A stretch of 64,000 nt of DNA from the NCBI GenBank assembly GCA_905178155.1, contig CAJINV010000003.1, positions 1,253,560 to 1,317,559 of the forward strand. The letters are read 5' to 3'. Below, piece after piece: positions 1-15,000 of the stretch (the stretch's first letter is position 1; every line of letters starts with the position of its first letter). Source of the stretch: Amoebophrya sp. A120. Lineage: Eukaryota; Protista; Dinoflagellata. Both the position numbers and the translations under genes were made by a program. A model generated the notes under the pieces. The model did no database searches and was not told where the DNA came from. It worked only from the letters and a program-made list of their open reading frames with translations.

Positions 1-1
1 C

Positions 2-3000
2 CATGCCCACGACGGACATGAACTGCACCGAGCCCAACATCACACTTCCCGTAACGGACAGAGCCGATCCAATGCGCGTGAAGCTGCGCACGGAGATGCT
101 GGAGCCGAGCGAGGCAAAGTTCAACGCCGACATGCACGAACCGAGGCGTAGACTCGAGAACGCGGAGAGCCCGGAACCCAGGCGGGAGACAGCGCGCACG
201 GACAAAGTGCTCCCGGCATTCAAAAAGTCGAACATCGAGCACTGCGAACCGAATCTGGAAAGCGTGCGGATCGACAATCCCGATCCGACCTGACCCGCGT
301 CGAGGAGAGAAATGCTGCAACCGCACCGCGAGTGTCCGAAGAAGCTCATCGAGCTGCCGACCCGGCAGTACGCACGGATAGAGAGCGAGCTCCCGAGCGC
401 CACGTGGGCTAGGACAGACAGCGAACTGCCGAACCGACCGCACGAGAAGGTCGACAACGAGCTTCCCATCCGCATGAACCCGCGAAGACTCAAGGCGCTG
501 CTCAGGTTGAAGAACTCTTTCAGTGAGAACTCGTCGCCAAACCGGATCTGGCCCTTGACGGACAACGCGGATCCCAGTCGAGCGAGCCCGCGGACCGAGA
601 TGGCTGAACCCAAGACCATGAAGTCCATCATCGACAGCCCGCCCAAGCCGGAGCGCACCCGCGACTTGATGGAGAAGGAGCTGCCGATGCGCGCGTAGCT
701 GCGCAGCGACATTGAGCTTCCGACCGTCACCGCCGCGAGGGCGGACATCTGGTTCGACAGCCGGCACCATCCGAAGAAGGAGACGGTCGAGCCAAATCGG
801 GCGAAGGAACGCAGCGACAAACTGGAACCGATCGCCGTGGCCTCCAGCGCAGACAGCGAGCCGCCGAGTTGCGAGTTGGAGAACAGGGACAGTCCGGATC
901 CGAGACGTGTGTACGCACGCAGCGACATGGAGCTGCCAAACTGTGCGCAGTTCAGAATGGACAAAGCGCCGCCTCCGTCCATGTGGGAGAACACGGAGAG
1001 GCAGCTGCCCATACGGGCATACCCTCGGAGAGAGAGGGAGCTGGCCATGCTAGCCAAGCCCAATGCGCTCAAACTGCTTCCCATCCTGACGCGGCCAAAC
1101 AGCGACATCGAGGAGCCGAACGACGCGATGGCGCGACAAGAGAAGGTGGAACCCAGTTGGAAGAAGTCCAGGACGCTCATTTCCGCTCCTGCACGCAGGC
1201 GCTGCGCGATCGAGCAGGCACTGCCGGCACGCAGGAAGGTGCGCAGCGAGATGCCGGATCCGAGGCTGATAGAGTCCAAAACGGACATTTCCGTTCCGAA
1301 CCGCGAGAATGCGCGAATAGATAACGCGGAACTCATGCCGACGAAGCTGAGCAGGGACAGCGAGCCGCCCGCACGCACGCTGCTCAGGCAGGAGACGGAG
1401 GACCCAACGCGCAAGAAGTTCCGGATGCTGTAACTGCTGCCGACCTGCGCGGTGTGCAACAAACTGCAACCGGACCCGCACCGCATGGCACCGTACATCG
1501 AGATGCTGGAGCCGATGCGGATGAACTGCCTCAGCGAGACACTGGACGCCATGGTGCAGAAGTCCAGTACACTGCAGCGAGAACCCATGCGAGACAACGC
1601 CCGGATGCTGAGCGACGACCCGACGTCCAGTTCCCCAAACACGCTGGCTTGCGTGCCGAGGCGCGCCGACGCATCGGGGCCCAAGGAGATCGAGCTGCCT
1701 AACCGCGCGAAGCTGCGGATGGACAAGCTGGAGCCCATGAATCCGAAGGACAGCACGGAGATCTCCGCACCTAGCCGCGAGTAGGCACGCAGCGAGCAGG
1801 AGCTCGCGAGCGCGCAGTAGTCCATGACACTGCAGGAAATGCCGACTTTGGCGTCGCCCAGGATGCTGAAAGAGCTGCTGACGCGCAGGTACGACCGCAA
1901 GGATAGCGAGGATCCGACGTTCAGGTAATCCAGCACGGACAGTTGGCTGCCGAACCGGGCGGTGGTGCGCAGCGAGCAGGAGGAACCGAGGTTCAAGTAA
2001 TCCAAAACGCTCGCACGTCCGCTCATGCGGGCCAGGGATCTAAGGGATAAACTGCTTCCCACCTCCATCTGGTAGAGCACACTCATAGTGCCGCCACACT
2101 GCATGTTCCCGGCCGCAGACAAAGACGACCCGATGCGGCAGAAGTTGCGCAGGGACAGACTGGAGCCGATCTGCACAAAGTCCACGACAGACACGTTGGC
2201 GCCAAACCGCGCGTGGGTCCGGAGAGACATGCTGCTAGACAAAGTCGCGAAGTCCAGCGTGGAGATGCTGCCCTGACTTCTCAAGTGCGAGCGCATCGAG
2301 AGCGTCGACGCCAGGTGGACCGCGTTCATGATGGACAACGCTCCACTGATTCGCGCGAAGCCGGCACCAACGGAGAGGCTGGAACCAACGCGAGCGAAGC
2401 AGCGGAGGGAAAGGGAAGAGCCAACGGTCAAGTACTCCCCAATCGACAAGGAACTGCCGATCTTGCAGAAGCTGCGCAACGACAGCGACGAAGCGAATTC
2501 CGCCTGGTCCAGCACGGAAACCTGCGAGGAGATGCGCACGTGTTTTCCGCTCAGCGACAAACTGCTCCCGATCCGCACGAAGTTCCGCAACGACAGAGAA
2601 CTGCCGCAGCACGCCCGATCTAGCATGGACAAAGTCGAGCCCGTGCGAATCTTGCCGAACAGGGACATGGAAGACCCTAGTCTCGCGGTCGTGCGGATGG
2701 ACACCGTGCTTCCCAACAGGAAGAAGTCCAGCGCGGACAGCGTGGAACCTAACCTGGCGCTTGTTCGCAGCGAGAGACTGGATCCCAAGTTGGCGCAGTT
2801 CAACACGCTGCACTGTCCGCCGCACCGCGCCATGTTGCGCAAGGACACGCTGCTCGACAAACTTGCGAAGTTCAATAAAGAGCACGAGCCCGCCATCTTC
2901 GAAGTCGCGCTCGGTGCGTGCAGGCTGAACGCACTTCCACAACGCGCGAAGGACCGCATCGATAAAGCGGACCCAAGCGTGACGTAGTTCAGCACGGACA

Positions 3001-6000
3001 TGGCGGATCCCGAACGGCCGCAGCTGCGCAGACTAAAGGTAGAGCCCAGTTGCAGCTGATCCAATACCGACATGCTGGCACCTAACCGTGCGCACTGGTT
3101 CAAGCTCATGGCGGAACCAATCCTGGCGTACGCGCGCATGGAAAGCGACGAGCCGCAGTGCGAGAACGCGAGCGTGGAGAGTCCCGATCCAAGCCTCACG
3201 GTGGACCGGACGGATAAAGACGACCCGAGCAGCACCTGGTCCAGGACCGAGAGCTGTCCGTGCAGGCGTCCCTGAGGACCGCAGATGGATAACGAGCTTC
3301 CAAGTCGCGCAAACGCGCGCAGAGACATCGAAGAGCCGAACTGCGAGGTGGTCAACACCGAAATCGAGTCACCGGTGCGGACCACACTGCGGAGCGACAT
3401 GCTGGAACCCAAGTGGACGTTGTTCAGAGCGGACAGCGTCCAGCCCAGCTGCGCTTTCTTCACGACGGAAACCCGCGAGCCGAGACGAGCAAACTCGCGC
3501 ACGCTCAACGCGGAACCGAAGGACGCGAAGTTGAAGCACGAACAGATGCTGCCCAACCGCGCCTGCGACCTCACGGAGATGGACGACCCGAGGCTGACTT
3601 TGTCCAGCACGGAGTAGCTCATACATAAATTCGTCTTCGAAACCACGGAGAGTGCGGAGCCCAGGCGAGTGAAGGCGCGGAGCGACAGACAACTTCCGAA
3701 GTTCGCTTGATCCAAGGTGGACAGCGTGTGACCGAAGACGGTTCTAGCGTTCGCCGACATGGTGGATCCCAGACGGGTAGCGGCGCGCAGGCTGAGCGCC
3801 GAGCCGCACTGCACGTAGTCGAGCACACTCAAGTTACCCGCCAACCGCACCCAGTTTCCGCGGACGGAGAGGCTGCTGCCCAAGTTGATAGACTCCAACA
3901 AGCTCATCTTCGGCTGCAGGTACACCTTGCCCGCGGTGACGGAAATGGAGCTGCCGAGCCGGGCGACGTGACGCAACGACAAACTACTCCCGGCGGATGC
4001 CCAGTTCAGGATGGATAAAGTGCTTCCGCAGGTGATGCGGGACAGCACACTGATGTTGCTCCCGAGGCGCGCCGCGTTGCGCAAGGACAAAGAGCTGCCG
4101 AGGTTCATGAAGTCGTAGATCGACATGCGCGACCCGAAGCTGACTGTTTGTCTGATACTCAAGGTGGACCCCAGGCTGCAGTAATCCAATACAGACAGAC
4201 CGCTTCCGAGGAACATCTTGCTGAAAACGCTGCAGTTCGAGCCCATCCTTCCGACGCTGCGGAGCGAGATCGCGGAGCCGAAGTGCGCAAAATTGTAGGT
4301 CGAGATCGAGCTGCCACACCGGATGAAGGCGCGGATAGATAGCGACGAACTGAGGTGGATGCGACTCAAAATCGAGACTTCCCGCGACACGCGCGTGCGC
4401 CCGCGAACGGACACGCCGGAACCCACGCGCATGAACTGACGGAGGGACAAAACTGAACCCACTGTGCAGAAGTTCAAAACGGAGATGCAGCTGCCGCACC
4501 GCGTGTACTGCCGCACGGAGAGACTGCTTCCGAGGTCCAGTTCGGCGAGGACTGACAAAGAGTCACCCAACCGTACCGCGTTGAAGACGGAGCAACTAGA
4601 CCCCACGCGGAAGAATTCGCGCACGGACAAGCTGGATCCCACCATCGAGAAGCTCAAAACCGAGACCGCGCTCCCGAACCGAGAGGTGCTGCGTAAGCTC
4701 ACCGCAGAACCGCATTCCACGTGCTCCATGACGCTGAGGTCGGAGCCCAGTCGCGTGGACGCCAGAACGGAAAATGCGCTACCCACGCGCACGTAGTTGC
4801 GCACCGACAGGGCACTGCCGAAGCAGGCGAAGTCGATGATCGACGTGCGGCAGCCGAACTGCACGAAGGAACGGATGGACAGGGAACTGCCGAGCGCCAC
4901 CTGATCCAACGCGCTGAACTTGAAGCCCGCGCGGGTCCGCGACGCGATCGACACGCCCGAACCACAGCGCGCGACGGCTCGCATCGAAAGCCCGCTACCC
5001 AGCGACACGGAGTCCAGGATGGAATACTGGTTTCCGAACCGCATGAAGCTGCGGATGGAGAGACTGCTGCCGAGCGACACGGCATCCAGCGTCGAGAGCG
5101 AGGATCCGAAGCGAATCTGGTCGAACACCGAGAGCTGGGAGCCGTACCGTGCGACTGAACGCATGCTCACCGCAGACCCGAGGTTGAAGAAGTCGAACAC
5201 GCTCATGCGCGACCCGAGACTGCCGAAGGCTCGCACCGACATGGAGGAACCAAAGTTGGTGACCGCCAAGACTGAGCAGCTGGAGCCGAACGTGGTTTTT
5301 CCGTAGATCGACATGCGCGAGCCCATGCGGGTGGTGCCGCGCAGCGAAACCGCCGAGCCGAGATGGGCCCAGCCGAGTAAGGATAAGCTGGATCCGAACC
5401 GGCACTGCGAGAAGACGGACAGCGAGCTGCCCATCCGGGCGGTGGCACGCAGGGACAAGACGCTGCCGATGTGCAGGTAGTCGAACATGGAGCACTCGCC
5501 GCCGACGCGCACGAACGACCGCACGCTGATGGAACTGCCCAGGTTGCTGTAGTCCAGGACAGACAGGTTGGAGCCGAACGAGATCTTGTTGTAGATCGAG
5601 ATCGCGCTGCCGAGCCGCGCGTACGCGCGCAAGGATAACGAACTTCCGAAGGCCTGCGAGTCGTACACGGACAGTTGGCCGCCGACCCGGGACAGACCCC
5701 ACACCGAGACCGCGGAGCCAAAGCGTCCGGAGCCACGCAGGGAGAACGACGAGCCCAGCATGACGAAGTCCAAAGCGGACAACGCGGAGCCGAACCGCGC
5801 GAACGACCGCAAACTGACGCTGGAGCCGAGATGGACGCAATCCAGGGTGGACAGACTCATGCCGAACTTGACGCGGTTGAACACGGACATCACCGAGCCG
5901 CAGGCGCCCATGGCACGCAGACTGATGCTGGACCCCAGGTTGCTGAAGTTCAAGATCGACATCGACGAGCCGCAGGACAGACGACCGAACACGCTGGTGC

Positions 6001-9000
6001 CAGAGCCGAGTCGGGCGTACCCTCTTAGCGACAGACTCGACCCGAAGTGGTGTTGCATCAGCATGCTGCAGCTGGATCCGAGGCGAACCTGCGAGAACAG
6101 CGAGAATGAGCTGCCCAAGCGCGCGGTCGCGCGAATGGAGAGCGCCGAACCGAGCGTGCCCCACTGGAGCAGACTCAAGCTGGATCCAGAGATGCATCGT
6201 GAGTACACCGACATGCTGCTTCCCATGGCGGCCAAGGACCGGATACTGAAGGACGAGCCCATGTGGCAGTAGTCGAACACGGAAGCTTGGCAGCCCCAGC
6301 GAACCTTCGAGAACACCGAGAACGCTGAGCCCAATCGTGCGGTGCCGCGGCAGCTGACCGCAGACCCGTAACTGGCAAAGTCCAAAATCGACATGGCGCT
6401 CCCGAAGCGTCCGAAGGTACGCAGGGATAAAGACGAACCCAGGCCCACGTACTTCAGAATCGACACTGAACTGCCCATGCGTGCCTGCGAGTACACGGAG
6501 AAGGTGCTTCCGAACCGGCAGCTCGTACGGAGGGAGAGGTTAGACCCCAGGTGCACAAAGTCGAACACGGAAACTGCGTGGCCCATCTTGCCCATAGACC
6601 GCAACGAGAAGGAACTTCCCAAGTGCAGGTGATCCAACGTGGACATGGTGGACCCCATGCGCAGCTGCGAGAACACACTGACCGCGGACCCGACGCGGCC
6701 GAAGTTCCGGAGCGACACGGAAGAGCCGAGCGTCAGGAAATCAACCGTAGACACGGACGATCCGTAGCGACTCGCCGAGAAGACGGAGCAGACGGACCCG
6801 ATTCTCGCCATGGACCGCAGGGATAACGACGATCCCAAGGTCGCGAAGTTCAACACACTCACCTTCGACGCGAACCGGGCGTAGGCACGGATACTGAAAC
6901 TGGAACCCAGCGTGGTGGAATCCAATGTCGAGAGCTTCAACCCGCACTGCACCTTTCCGAGAACGGAGGCCGTGCTGCCGAGCCGCGCGACCGCGCGCAT
7001 CGACAGCGTCGAACCGAGGGAAGAGAAGTCGAACACGGAGAACAGCGATCCGGCGCGCACGAAGGAACGCACGGACACACTTGATCCGAGCTCGACAAAC
7101 TTCAGGATCGACATCGAGGAGGACAGCGTGACCCGGCTGAAGATCGAGGTGTTGCTGCCCAGCCGCACGAAGGCGCGCACGGAGAGTGTGGATCCGAGGC
7201 GGGTGGCGTCCAGAACGGAGATGCAAGACCCGAATCGCATCTCGCCGTAGGTACTGAACGAACTGCCCAACCGCTTCACGGCGCGCAGGGACAACGAACT
7301 TCCGAACGTGACGTGCTGCAGAATGGACAGGGAAGATCCGAACCTTCCGTAGCTGAACACGCTGCAGGCACTGCCCACCTTCATGATGGTACGCAAAGAG
7401 ACCGTGGACGCTAGACTGGCGAACTTCAGCACGGAGATCGTGCTGCCGAAGCGGCACTGGCTGAAGATCGACCACGAGGAGCCCATGCGAACCTGCGCGC
7501 GGATCGAGAGCATCGACCCGAGGCAAACGCTGTTGAAGGAACTGACCGTGGATCCGCACCGGGTCACGCCGAACAGGGACATGCGACTGCCCGCGCGGAC
7601 GAACCCGCGCATCGAGAGCATAGACCCAAGGTACACGGAGTCTAGTGTCGACAGCGAACTACCAACGCGGAACCGCGAGAACACGGACAAGTTCGAGCCC
7701 ATCATGACGAAGCTACGGATCGACGTGGTCGAACCGAGCGCCACGAAGTCGAAGACGGACAGGTTGCTTCCAAACTTCGTGTAGGACCTGACTGACAGAC
7801 TGCTCCCTAAATTCATGAAGTTCAACGCGGATAAGTTCGAGCCGAGGATAACCCGGTTGAACACGGACACCGCGGAGCCCGACCGCTGGAACTGCCGGAC
7901 GGACAGACTGGAACCGAATACCGCCGCGTCGCAGACGGAGAGCAAAGATCCCATGCACATCCGGCCAAAGATGGACGCGGACGACCCAAATTTGACGTAG
8001 CTACGGATGGAGAGACTGCTCCCTAACGTCAGCGCACCGACGACGGAAAGTTCGGAACCCAGGCGGATCTGTCCAAAGATGGAAAGCGTCGAACCGAACT
8101 TCGCGCGTCCGCGCACGGACAAGGTGGAACCAAGTGTCACAGCATCCAGGACAGAAAGCGCGCCCCCGAAGCGCGCCGCGCACAGCAGGGACAAGGTGCT
8201 TCCGAAGCGGCCCACCCCGCGCAGCGAGATCGAGGACCCAAACGTGCACGCCTCCAGAATGGACATACTGGACCCGAACACCGCACGCGAGAAGATCGAG
8301 AACGAACTTCCAGCCCGGATGTGCGAGCGCACGGAAAGGACGGACCCGAGGTGCAGCTGGTCCAAGCACGACAGATTGGAACCGCATCGGACCTGGGAGA
8401 AGGTCGAAACCGTGGACCCAAACCGCATGTAGCTACGAATCGACATCGCAGATCCGAGCAGAGCGACCTGGAAGGAACTCACGGTGGAACCCAGCCGGAC
8501 GCAGTTGAAGGCGGACAAGGTCGACCCGAAACGGATGAACGACCGAGTCGAGATCGAACTACCGAACTGCGCAAAATCCAAGATCGACGCGTGGTCTCCG
8601 AACCGCATGCAGGCACGTAATGAGACGGAACTTCCGAAGGTCATGAACTTCAACACGGACACCGAACTTCCCAAAAGAACGCGGCCGCCGTAGATGCTCA
8701 TGTTGCTGCCGAACCGGGCCGTGGCGCGGAGAGACAGCGTGGATCCCATGTTCATGAAGTCAATCACACTGCAGCTGCGTCCGCACTTGGTGTGGTGCCG
8801 GACGCTCAACGACGACCCGAAGCAGGTCCAATTCAACGTGGACAAACTGGAGCCCGCCACCATGCGGCCGAAGATGGAGATCGCGCTGCCGAGCCGGAAG
8901 GTGCCGCGGATCGACACCGAGCTGCCGTAGGTGCTGAAGTCCAACAAAGAAACGCTCGAGCCGCACTTCACCTGGCCGTACACGGAGTAGCCGCTACCGA

Positions 9001-12000
9001 AGCGGGCGATGTTCCGGACCGAGATGGTCGAGCCGAGCTCGAAGAAGTCCAGCAACGAGAAGCTGCTCCCCAAAGTCGTCTGCGAGAAGATGCTGAGGTT
9101 GCTGCCGAACCGCTGGAAGGCGCGAATGGAGAATGCCGATCCCATCTGGATGGTGTTCAACACGGACGCGTTGCTTCCCAGCGTCAACTTCGAGAACACG
9201 GACACGTTGCTACCAAACCGCACATAACTGCGGACGGACAGGGAGGAGCCGAGCGCGACGAAGTCGAGGAAGCTCATTTGGTTCCCGAACCGACCGTGCG
9301 AACGGAGAGAGAGACTCGACCCGAGCGCGACGAAGTCCACGACGGACAGGTTGGAACCGCAGCGGAAGAAGTTCCGCAGCGAGGTCGCCGACCCGAGGTG
9401 GAAGAAGTCAATCACGGACGCGCACGCCCCCAGCCGCGCGCCACGGAACACCGACATGGCGGAGCCCAGGCGAATCATCGCGCGGAGCGACACGCTGCTG
9501 CCAACGTTGGTCGAATCCAGCACCGAGAAGCAGCTGGCCAGGCGGCACTGGTTGAACACCGACAGGTTGGAGGCGAGGCGTAAATACGACCTTACGGACA
9601 AGGAGCTACCAAGCGCTGCGAACTGCAGGATGGACGTCGCGTCACCGAAGCGCGCGCAGCTCCGCACAGACAGTGAAGAGGAGCACGAGAAGAAGTTCAA
9701 CACGGAAGTCGCCGAACCGCACCGCAGTTGCGAGATCACGGACACGGAACTGCCAAACCGGATGAACTGCCGCAACGAGATCGAACTACCTAATTGAGTG
9801 AAGTTCATGATCGACATCTGCGACCCGAAGCGGGCGTGCGACCGGACGGAGAGGGAAGACCCAAACGCCGCGTTGTCCAGCAAGGACATGCTGCTGCCCA
9901 GATTAATCCTCTGGTACACGGAGATACCCGACCCGTACCGGATCGCGCCGCGCAGGGACAAAGACGACCCGATTTGCATGTAGTCGAGCACGGACGCGCC
10001 GCTGCCGAACCGCATCATGCTGCGGACGGAGAGCGAAGAAGCTAAGTTCACAAAGTGCAGCACGGAGAAGGTGTCTCCGAGTCGGACCTGCTTCAGCACC
10101 GAGCACGTGGAACCCAACTTCATGGCCCCGCGGAGCGAGCAGCTGGAGCCCGTGGTCAAAGTGTCAATCATGGACAGAGACGAACCTAACCTCGTTGCGC
10201 CGAACACGGAGATGGAGGAGCCCAGCCGCAGGTAGGAACGCATCGACAAGGTGGAGGATAAAAAGGTCAGGTCGCAGACGGACAGGCAGCTGCCGAACCG
10301 GGTTTGCGACATGACGCTGACGCCCGAGCCGAGTCGAATGTAGCTGCGCACCGAGATCGACGAGCCCAAGTGGGTGTAGTCGATCACGGAAATGTCCATG
10401 CCCGTGCGCACCAAACCACGCATCGACAAAGTGCTACCCAAGTTCTGGGATTCCATCACGGACATCGCCGCCCCGCACGTCAAGCTCGACAGCACGGAAA
10501 GGGATGAGCCGAAGCGCACGGCCTGGCGCAGACTCAACGCACTGCCAATCACGATGTGCTCCATGACGGACAGCGCAGAACCCAGCCTCACTTTGGAAAA
10601 GACCGAGCACGCGGAGCCAAGTCTGGCGTACTGCCGCAGCGAAATGGTGGAACCGGTACTCAAGAAGTCCAGCTGGGATAAAGAACTCCCCAACCGCACC
10701 CAGGACATGACCGAGGCCGCGGACCCGCACCGCACGTAACTTCGCAGCGACAGAGTGGAGCCGAGGGAGAGATAGTCCAACACGGACGCACTGGCACCGA
10801 ACTTCGTTCGAGACACGATGGAGAATCCGCTGCCCAGCCGCACGAAGGACCGCAGCGACAGGGACGAACCCACGCTCTCGGCGTCGATCAGCGAGATGGT
10901 GCTGCCGACGCGCACTTGCGAGAACACGGAAAGAGCGGACCCCACGCGTTGGTAGCTACGCAGGGACATGCTGCTCCCGAGCAAGTTGCTCTGCATCACG
11001 GACAAAGAGCTGCCGAACCGCGCGTTGCTGAAGACGGACATGGAGGACCCGATGCGGATGAAATTCCTCAGCGAGATGCTGCTGCCAATCGTGGCGCAGT
11101 CCAGCACCGAGATGGCGCTCCCGTACCGCGCAAAGGACCGCATCGAGACGGAACTGCCGAAGTGGATGAAGTTCAACACCGACAGCGTGGAACCCATGGT
11201 CACCTTCGAGAACACGGACAAATTCGATCCGAGCCGCTGGAAGTTGCGCATCGAGCACGAGGACCCGTGCGTGATGGCGTCCAGCACGGAGAACTGGCAG
11301 CCGAACCGCGCCTGGCTGAAGATCGAGAAGCTGGATCCCAGCCGGGCCATCGCACGCAGCGAGAAGCTGCTTCCCGGGGCCACGAAGGACAACGCGGAGA
11401 GCGTGCTGCCCAGCGCGATGCGCGAGTAGACCGAGAACGAGCTGCCCATGCGGCAGAAGCCGCGAAGGGAGAGAGCAGAACCCACGTTCGCCACGTTCAT
11501 GACGGAGGCGAAGCCGTCCGCGCCGATCTTCACCTTGTTGAACACTGAGATCACCGATCCGAACCGCGTCGCCGCGCGCACGGACAGGGACGAACCGCAG
11601 TGGAAGAAGTTGAACACGGAGCAACCGCCGTTCAGCCGGCCCGTGTTACGGCACGAAAGCGACGACCCGAGCGTGGCGAAGTTGAGTAAAGATAAACTGC
11701 TCCCGCTGCGGAAAGCGTTGTAGACGGACAACTGGCTTCCCATGCGCGCCGTGGACCGCAGCGAGGTTGCGGACCCGATGAACACGTAGTCGAACACGCT
11801 CATGCTGCCGCTTGCCCGCGTGAACGCGCGGATGGAGAGAGAAGAGCCGAAGCTCGAGCAATCCAGCAGCGACAAGTTGGAACCGCACCGGATCGTGTTG
11901 AAGCAACTGACCACGGACCCGAACCGCAGAAAGCTACGGACGGACACCGTGGAACCGAAGGCAGCAAAGTTCAACAGGGACATGCAGGAGCCGAGCATGG

Positions 12001-15000
12001 ACCGGCTGTACACCGAGATCGCGGATCCCAACCGAGCGTACGAGCGCAGAGACAATCCGGAACCAAAGTTACTCAAGTCCAGGATCGAGAACGAACTGCC
12101 CACGGCGACGCGTCCGAAGATCGAGACCGCAGACCCGAACTTGGCGTACGTACGGCAAGACACCGCGCTGCCCAGCATCATGGAATCGAGCACGGACAGG
12201 CTGCTTCCTTGCAGCACCTTGCTGTACACGGAGAAGGCGGAGCCGCACCGGGCGTACTGTCGGAGGGACAGCGAACTGCCGATGCCGACTTGTCCCAGCA
12301 CCGAGAGCGAACTGCCGAATCGCGAGGTGGCCATGACCGACATGCTCGAGCCGATTCGCGCGTAGAACCGGATGGACAGCGAGGAGCCGAACAGGACGGC
12401 GTCTAAGATGGAGAGCTGACTGCCCATCAGCACGCGGCCGAACACGCTCGCCGAACTTCCGGCCCGCCCGACACTTCGCAGAGACAGAGCGGAGCCCAGC
12501 TGCACGAAGCTGAAGATCGACACCTGGCCGCCGGACCGGGCCGAGGCACGCAGGGACATGGAGCTTCCGATGTGGCACATTCCAAGCAGCGAGCACTCCG
12601 CACCCAGTTGCACCTTGCTGTACACAGAGATGGCACTGCCCATGCGTGCGAACGCACGCAGTGACACACCACTACTATGCCAAGCGGCGTCCAGGACAGA
12701 CATCTGCCCGCCGAACTTCAATTGCGAGAAGATACTCAGGGTGCTACCGAACCGAGCGAACGCGCGCAGGGAGATGGCGCTGCCCGTGCAGGCGTAGTCC
12801 GCAACGGACATGCAGGAACCGATTCGGACCTGCCCGAAGCTGCTCCAGCTGGAGCCGAGACGGAACATGGCGCGCACCGACATGGTGCTGGCCATCTGCA
12901 CGGCGTCCAGGATAGACAGGCAGCTACCGGCCCGCACGCGGCTGTACATACTGATGCTGGAACCCATGCGCGCAAACGTGCGAATGGACACGGCCGACGC
13001 AATCGTCACGTAATCCAGCACGGAGCTGCTGGACCCCAGTCGCACCATACCGTACATCGAGAGCGAGCTGCCGAACCGCGCGAAGGTCCGCATCGAGAAC
13101 GAACTGCCGATGGAGATCGTGTCCAGAATCGACAGCGAACTGCCGAAGGCCGTGATGCCGTACACCGACACGGTGCTGCCCAGCCGCTGGAAGGACCGCA
13201 CACTGAAGCTGCTTGCGAAGTTGACGAAATCCAGCACGGAGAGCGAGCTCCCCAACTTCGAGAAGCCGTACACGGAGAGAGCAGACCCGAGGCGCACAAA
13301 GCTGCGCACCGACATGGCGGAGCCAAAGTGCGAGCAGTCCAACAGTGACAGCGTGCTTCCGAGCGACGCGAAGCCGTAGATCGACAGCGCGCTGCCGATG
13401 CGGAAGAAGCTGCGCACGGAGAACGACGACCCCATGGAGGCGAAGTCCAGCACGCTCATCGCGGAGCCGATGTGCGCCACCCCGAAGACCGATAAACTAG
13501 AGCCCATGCGCACCAAATTTCGGACGGAGATGGAGGACCCGAGATTGATGCTGTCCAGCACGGAGAAGGAACTGCCGAGTCTGCTAACGCCAAACACCGA
13601 CAGGCTGCTGCCGAGGCGCGAGAATCCCCGGACGGAGAAGCTCGAGCCGAGGCAGAAGTAATCCAAAATCGACATGGTGGACCCGGACCGCGTGATGCCG
13701 TAGATGCTGACGGCGGATCCCATGCGTGCGTGCGACCGCACGGACAGCGCGGAACCGAAGTTCACGAAGTCCAGCACGGACAGCGCGGAACCGAGCCGGG
13801 CAACGCCGAACAGGGAGAGAGAACTGCCCATCCTCGCGAACGACCGCAGGCTGAAGCTGCTGCCCACCGTGATCACGTCGAGCACGGACAGGGAGCTGCC
13901 GAAGCGGCCCATGCCGTACAGGGACAAAGTCGACCCCCAGCGGGCCCAGCCGCGGACGGACATGGTGCTGCCCATGAAGGTCGCATCCAGCACGGACAAC
14001 GCGGAGCCGAACCGGGAGATGCCGTACACGGATAAAGTGGAGCCCAATTTCACAAAACTTCTCACAGACAGCATGGAACCCATCTGCGTGGCATCCACGA
14101 CGGACAGGTTGAAGCTGGAACGCACTTTGCCGAACACACTCAAACCGGACCCGACGCGGATGAAGTGGCGCGTGGACAACGCGGAACCCACTTTCACCGT
14201 GTCCAGACAAGATAAAAACGACCCCAGACGGATGGTGCCGTACACACTCATGCTGGAGCCCATCCGGATGTAGGAACGCAGCGAGATCGAGGACCCCACG
14301 GAAATCGTGTCTACACAGGAGAACGCGGATCCCAACCGCGCCAGACCGTACAGGGACAAAGTGCTGCCGAACCGCGCGAAGGAACGGGCGGACAGAGAGC
14401 TGCCGAGCCAAACGTGATCCAGTAACGACAGAGTGCTTCCCGCCCGCATGCAGCCAAAGATGGAGATGGCACTGCTAACCCGGGCGTAGTTGCGCAAACT
14501 GAGACTGGACCCGCACAGCGCGTAGTCGAGCACAGACAAACTGCTTCCCAGGCGCACGCGGTCGTAGACGGAGAGCGCTGAGCCTAACCGGCAGAAGTTC
14601 CGGACGGAGAACGAGCTGCCCAGCAGCACGAAGTCCAGCACGGAGAGACTCGATCCCAGTCGCGCCACACCGAAAATCGATGCGGTGGACCCGAACCGGC
14701 ACAGGGACCGCACCGAGAAAGAGCTTCCGAGGTTCACGAAGTCTAGCGTGGAAACGGAACTGCCGAGCTGGTTCAACCCGTACAGACTGCAGCTGCTGCC
14801 AAACCGGTGGTAGCTACGCAGGGAAAACGAACTACCGATCGTGAAGAAGTCCAACACGGAGAAGTTGCTCCCCAAAACCGTGGTCCCGTACACGCTGAAC
14901 GAACTGCCGCACCGCAGCATCGACCGCACGCTCATGTTGCTGCCCAAGCACGCGCAGTCCAGCATGGACAGCTGGGAGGCGATGCGCGCCACGCCGAACA